This document shows, piece after piece, positions 27,656 through 28,609 of a stretch of DNA of 28,609 nucleotides. Within the stretch, counting starts at the first letter, position 1; the number at the start of each line of letters is the position of its first letter. The translations under genes and the position numbers were made by a program. The stretch is from an uncultured Erysipelotrichaceae bacterium (GTDB lineage: Bacteria > Bacillota_I > Bacilli_A > RF39 > UBA660): contig CADBNY010000151.1 of NCBI GenBank assembly GCA_902796215.1, positions 1-28,609 of the forward strand. Reading direction: 5' to 3'. Under the pieces are notes generated by a model that ran no database searches, was not told the DNA's origin, and saw only the letters and a program-made list of their open reading frames with translations.

Positions 27656-28609
27656 TTACTCTTCTTCAAAATAATTACAAATATATATTATTTTTTCTCC
27701 ATAACTAGTAGCTTCTATTTCTTTTTTGCAACTATAATTTTCTACCTCATAAGTAATTGTATCATCTAAAGCATTAAATTCTCCTCTTAATCCATTTTTA
27801 AAATATACTTTATCATCATGTACTTTAATATAAATTTGATTATCAATTCTTTCTTCCTCTACTAAATACAATTTCTTTTGGTTTTCTAGCAATTTACTAA
27901 TAGTAATTTCATTTGCTCTAATAATTAATGGATCATTACCATATTCACCAAATGTATATATTTTATTTTTCTTTAAATTTTTAATAAACAAATCATAAAA
28001 ACTTTTAACATTTCCATTATCACTTTGATTTATTTTCAACACTGGCATTTTATCCATTTCTATTTCAAAAGTATTCAATTTAAAGTATTTTTTGTCTACT
28101 TCTCTACTAGCTATTATTTTATTATCTTCTATACTATTATCAATAATATACTGATAAGTATTACTTAATCCTTCTCCATGAGATTGTAAAACCAAATTAT
28201 CTTTATAATCTATCTCAATAGTCTCAGTTTGTGGTTTAAATATACTTCCATCAGTAATGTATTCTATCTTACTAAACGTTACAGCTATCATTGCAATACT
28301 AACCCCAATAAGAACAATACTACATATAAATAGTATTAAATTAGCTTTAATATGAACTTTCTTATTAAAAATAAAACTAATTAATAATATAATAACTTGA
28401 ATAAATACAACCGCTGATGCTATGAATAATAATGTAATCCATAAAAATAAAATATGTACAGAAATATGAATTAAAAGTAAGACACTAGCTACAACTAGTC
28501 CAATAGTAGCACCAACCATACATATCAAAATAAAGAAAGCCATTATTTTGATAAAGATGATAACTATTTGTGCTAATGTTCCCAAAAATTCTACTGGTTT
28601 TTCATTATC
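27656..28609 (-). CDS. Membrane protein, 5'-truncated by the window edge (four TMs plus extracellular domain; PspC/DUF1700-like C-terminal half possible)
   Basis: The frame stays open past the TTG at 28585 to the window end (DNEKPVEFLGTLAQ...). Four hydrophobic helices, then a soluble domain. Confidence 0.6.
   Translation of the reverse strand, partial: DNEKPVEFLGTLAQIVIIFIKIMAFFILICMVGATIGLVVASVLLLIHISVHILFLWITLLFIASAVVFIQVIILLISFIFNKKVHIKANLILFICSIVLIGVSIAMIAVTFSKIEYITDGSIFKPQTETIEIDYKDNLVLQSHGEGLSNTYQYIIDNSIEDNKIIASREVDKKYFKLNTFEIEMDKMPVLKINQSDNGNVKSFYDLFIKNLKKNKIYTFGEYGNDPLIIRANEITISKLLENQKKLYLVEEERIDNQIYIKVHDDKVYFKNGLRGEFNALDDTITYEVENYSCKKEIEATSYGEKIIYICNYFEEE

Noticed and set aside
1-28609. 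Mycoplasma-type genetic code 4 suggested by the very low GC
   Set aside because: TGA terminates well-defined genes (6840, 20839), and the long ORFs are uninterrupted under code 11.
1-28609. CRISPR arrays, tRNA/rRNA, IS elements, integrases, sortase/LPxTG pili
   Set aside because: No spaced repeats, structured RNA signature, transposase or recombinase motifs, sortase or LPxTG tails seen. Intergenic gaps are all short.

Overview
Very AT-rich Firmicutes-type DNA. TGA serves as a stop codon (code 11), and there are strong GGAGG RBSs and TGn-TAWANT extended -10 promoters. The origin is plausibly an uncultured gut Bacilli lineage such as RF39, which is an inference. Almost all genes are on the minus strand. 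The right end carries YitT, a CmpB-like permease and a truncated membrane protein. Next comes a self-contained type VII secretion operon (essC, esaB/yukD and six small WXG100-like helical proteins) that lacks essA, essB, esaA and any toxin/immunity gene. The left ~18.5 kb is a SipW-type surface-fibre locus. It holds three SipW paralogues (one typical, one catalytically dead, one with a large cytoplasmic extension), five pilin/TasA-like proteins and a ~2,775-aa (Y/F)GG-repeat adhesin, all six sharing a SipW-class cleavage motif. Embedded in this locus and tightly coupled to sipW is a three-gene module: a degenerate EAL-like protein, a membrane-anchored McrB-like AAA+ GTPase with no DNA-binding domain, and a DUF2357 McrC-like partner with no nuclease domain. 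This apparently disarmed McrBC inside a fibre operon is the strongest candidate for an undescribed system. No RNA genes, CRISPR arrays or mobile elements were seen. All family assignments come from reading motifs by eye; no database search was run.
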